The notes under the pieces: model-generated
The model's input: the letters and a program-made list of their open reading frames with translations, nothing else
The model's database searches: none
Told to the model about the DNA's origin: nothing
Shown here: positions 37,471 through 38,780 of the stretch, piece by piece
Layout: each line of letters begins with the position of its first letter
How positions within the stretch are numbered: position 1 is the stretch's first letter
Assembly (NCBI GenBank): GCA_039208735.1
Contig: JBCCQY010000078.1
Location: 1-38,780, forward strand
Direction of reading: 5' to 3'
DNA length: 38,780 nucleotides
Source of the DNA: Myxococcota bacterium
Lineage (GTDB): Bacteria; Myxococcota_A; UBA796; GCA-2862545
Made by a program: the position numbers and the translations under genes

Positions 37471-38487
37471 TCAGGCGGTCGCCGAACACTCGGCCACGAG
37501 CTGCCGCCGTAGGGTCTCCGGAGTGGTTCCCGTCCATCGCTGGACCGCCCGGAAGAAGGAGTTGGGCTCCGCGAAGCCGAGCAGGTACGCGATCTCGGTG
37601 CCCGTCAGCTGGGTGCGGCCCAGGTAGTGCCTTGCCAGGCTCTCTCGGGTGCCGTCGACGACCGCCTTGAAGCTGGTCCCTTCACCTCGGAGCCGCCGCT
37701 GCAGGGTGCGTGAACTCACCGCGAGACGCCGGGCAACGGTGTCCATACCGAACTGCCCGCTGGGAAGGCCTTCCATAAGCACCGCCTGAGTGCGATCCGC
37801 GAAGGTCGCGTCGCCCTCGAGATCGGCCAGCCGCTTGCGGAGTTCGGGCTCGAAGATGTCCCACATGGCGCGGTTGGCCGTGAGGAACGGACAATGGGCA
37901 TCCGCAGCGCTGAAGGTCACCCGGATGACGTCGCCCCGGGTCATGCGAATGCCCAGGAAGTTCTCGAATGGGAGCGGATCTCGTGGAAGCTCGGGCACGA
38001 TCACCGAGGTCGGCCGGATGCGCTGCCGCGTTCCGAGTCGCGCCAGCTGCGTGGCGAACAAGGCTTCCGCGCCGTTCATGAACGCGAGCTGCCGTACGGT
38101 GGGATCCTTCCACCGATAGGTGAGCTGCAGCCCGTCGGGAGCGTCGTGAACATCGAGGGCGATCGGCCCGAGGAGCGGTTTGAACAGCGCCACTCGCTCT
38201 GCAGCCGTTGCCAGGTTGGGGCTACATAGCGAGGCGAACACGGGCGGCGTGAAGAACTCGGGCCTCGTGGCCTCGGTAAACCGCACCCAGAAGTCCTGGT
38301 GCACGATACTCGCGTCCAAGGCCTGGAAGAACCGAAGGAATGACTCACTCGTGAGCCGCGCATCGTCGCGGTTCAATGTGTCTTCGGGGAGCTGGGCGCG
38401 TCGGAGCACGTCTGCGTAGTGCACGCCCACCTCGGCGAGGATCGCCTTCCAACCGTCTCCGATCGCATAGGTCTGCTTGCTCGCCAT
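37471..38487 (-). CDS. AraC-family transcriptional regulator (Arabinose_bd_2-type N-terminal domain)
   Basis: GGAGG before ATG 38487; VARRLAVSSRTLQRRLRGEGTSF and EIAYLLGFAEPNSFFRAVQRWTGTTP HTH motifs. Confidence 0.95.
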   Translation of the reverse strand: MASKQTYAIGDGWKAILAEVGVHYADVLRRAQLPEDTLNRDDARLTSESFLRFFQALDASIVHQDFWVRFTEATRPEFFTPPVFASLCSPNLATAAERVALFKPLLGPIALDVHDAPDGLQLTYRWKDPTVRQLAFMNGAEALFATQLARLGTRQRIRPTSVIVPELPRDPLPFENFLGIRMTRGDVIRVTFSAADAHCPFLTANRAMWDIFEPELRKRLADLEGDATFADRTQAVLMEGLPSGQFGMDTVARRLAVSSRTLQRRLRGEGTSFKAVVDGTRESLARHYLGRTQLTGTEIAYLLGFAEPNSFFRAVQRWTGTTPETLRRQLVAECSATA

Positions 38488-38569
38488 CGAGGCCTCCATG
38501 GGGAAGCGTACCGCCTCACGCCACACAACCATCTTTAGACGCCACATTACACCGAGAGATCCACGATGG

Positions 38570-38780
38570 GCTCCGCTTCGCTAGGACTCCGGCCGTTCGC
38601 TTCGCGAACCGTCTCGCCGCAAACCTTACGCCGGCTCGACTCGGCCTCCCTGTCTTCGGCAAAGCTCCGCTTCGCTAGGACTCCGGCCGTTCGCTTCGCG
38701 AACCGTCTCGCCGCAAACCTTACGCCGGCTCGACTCGGCCTCCCTGTCTTCGGCAAAGCTCCGCTTCGCTCGGACTCCGG
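38570..38780. repeat. 94-bp tandem repeat: two identical copies plus the start of a third; runs off the right edge
   Basis: Units begin at 38570, 38664 and 38758. The third has one A>C change. Internal hairpin GTTCGC-TTC-GCGAAC. Confidence 0.95.

Noticed and set aside
38547..38756. 69-aa ORF in the tandem repeat
   Set aside because: It is a by-product of the repeat; the 94-bp period is not a multiple of 3.
38570..38780. CRISPR array or integron attC array
   Set aside because: The units are contiguous and identical with no unique spacers, no cas or intI gene is in view, and there is no proper RYYYAAC/GTTRRRY pair.

Overview
GC-rich bacterial chromosomal segment, most consistent with Myxococcota (inferred from D-T/A/S-repeat lipoproteins, Cys/Asp-rich surface repeats, a Ser/Thr kinase and a sigma54 activator). 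It has about 33 protein genes and no rRNA, tRNA, CRISPR array or transposase that I can recognise. Content: the 5' part of an Rrf2 regulator, a PilZ/zinc-ribbon protein, gpmI, a J-domain protein, an NtrC-family regulator, an MPG-like protein, a hisN-like phosphatase, arginase, a metallophosphoesterase, an APC permease, several lipoproteins including a ~1650-aa modular one, a hybrid kinase, a kinase/HEAT/SPOR-like/sulfatase-TPR operon, a TlpA-like thioredoxin, a cysH-sir-cysG operon, a cytochrome c, an SDR plus AraC pair, and a 94-bp tandem repeat at the right edge. Main observation: a short poly-cysteine ORF (CSCCCLCCC) lies just upstream of cysH, with mutually exclusive RNA helices that either hide or free the cysH Shine-Dalgarno. 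This is a candidate cysteine-sensing translational attenuator, a type I know only from Actinobacteria. Also notable: a SelW/Rdx selenoprotein (CxxU plus SECIS-like hairpin) truncated in the ORF track, a siroheme synthase that looks like a fungal Met8+Met1 fusion, and a plant/protist-type iPGM. All family assignments come from motif recognition, not database searches.
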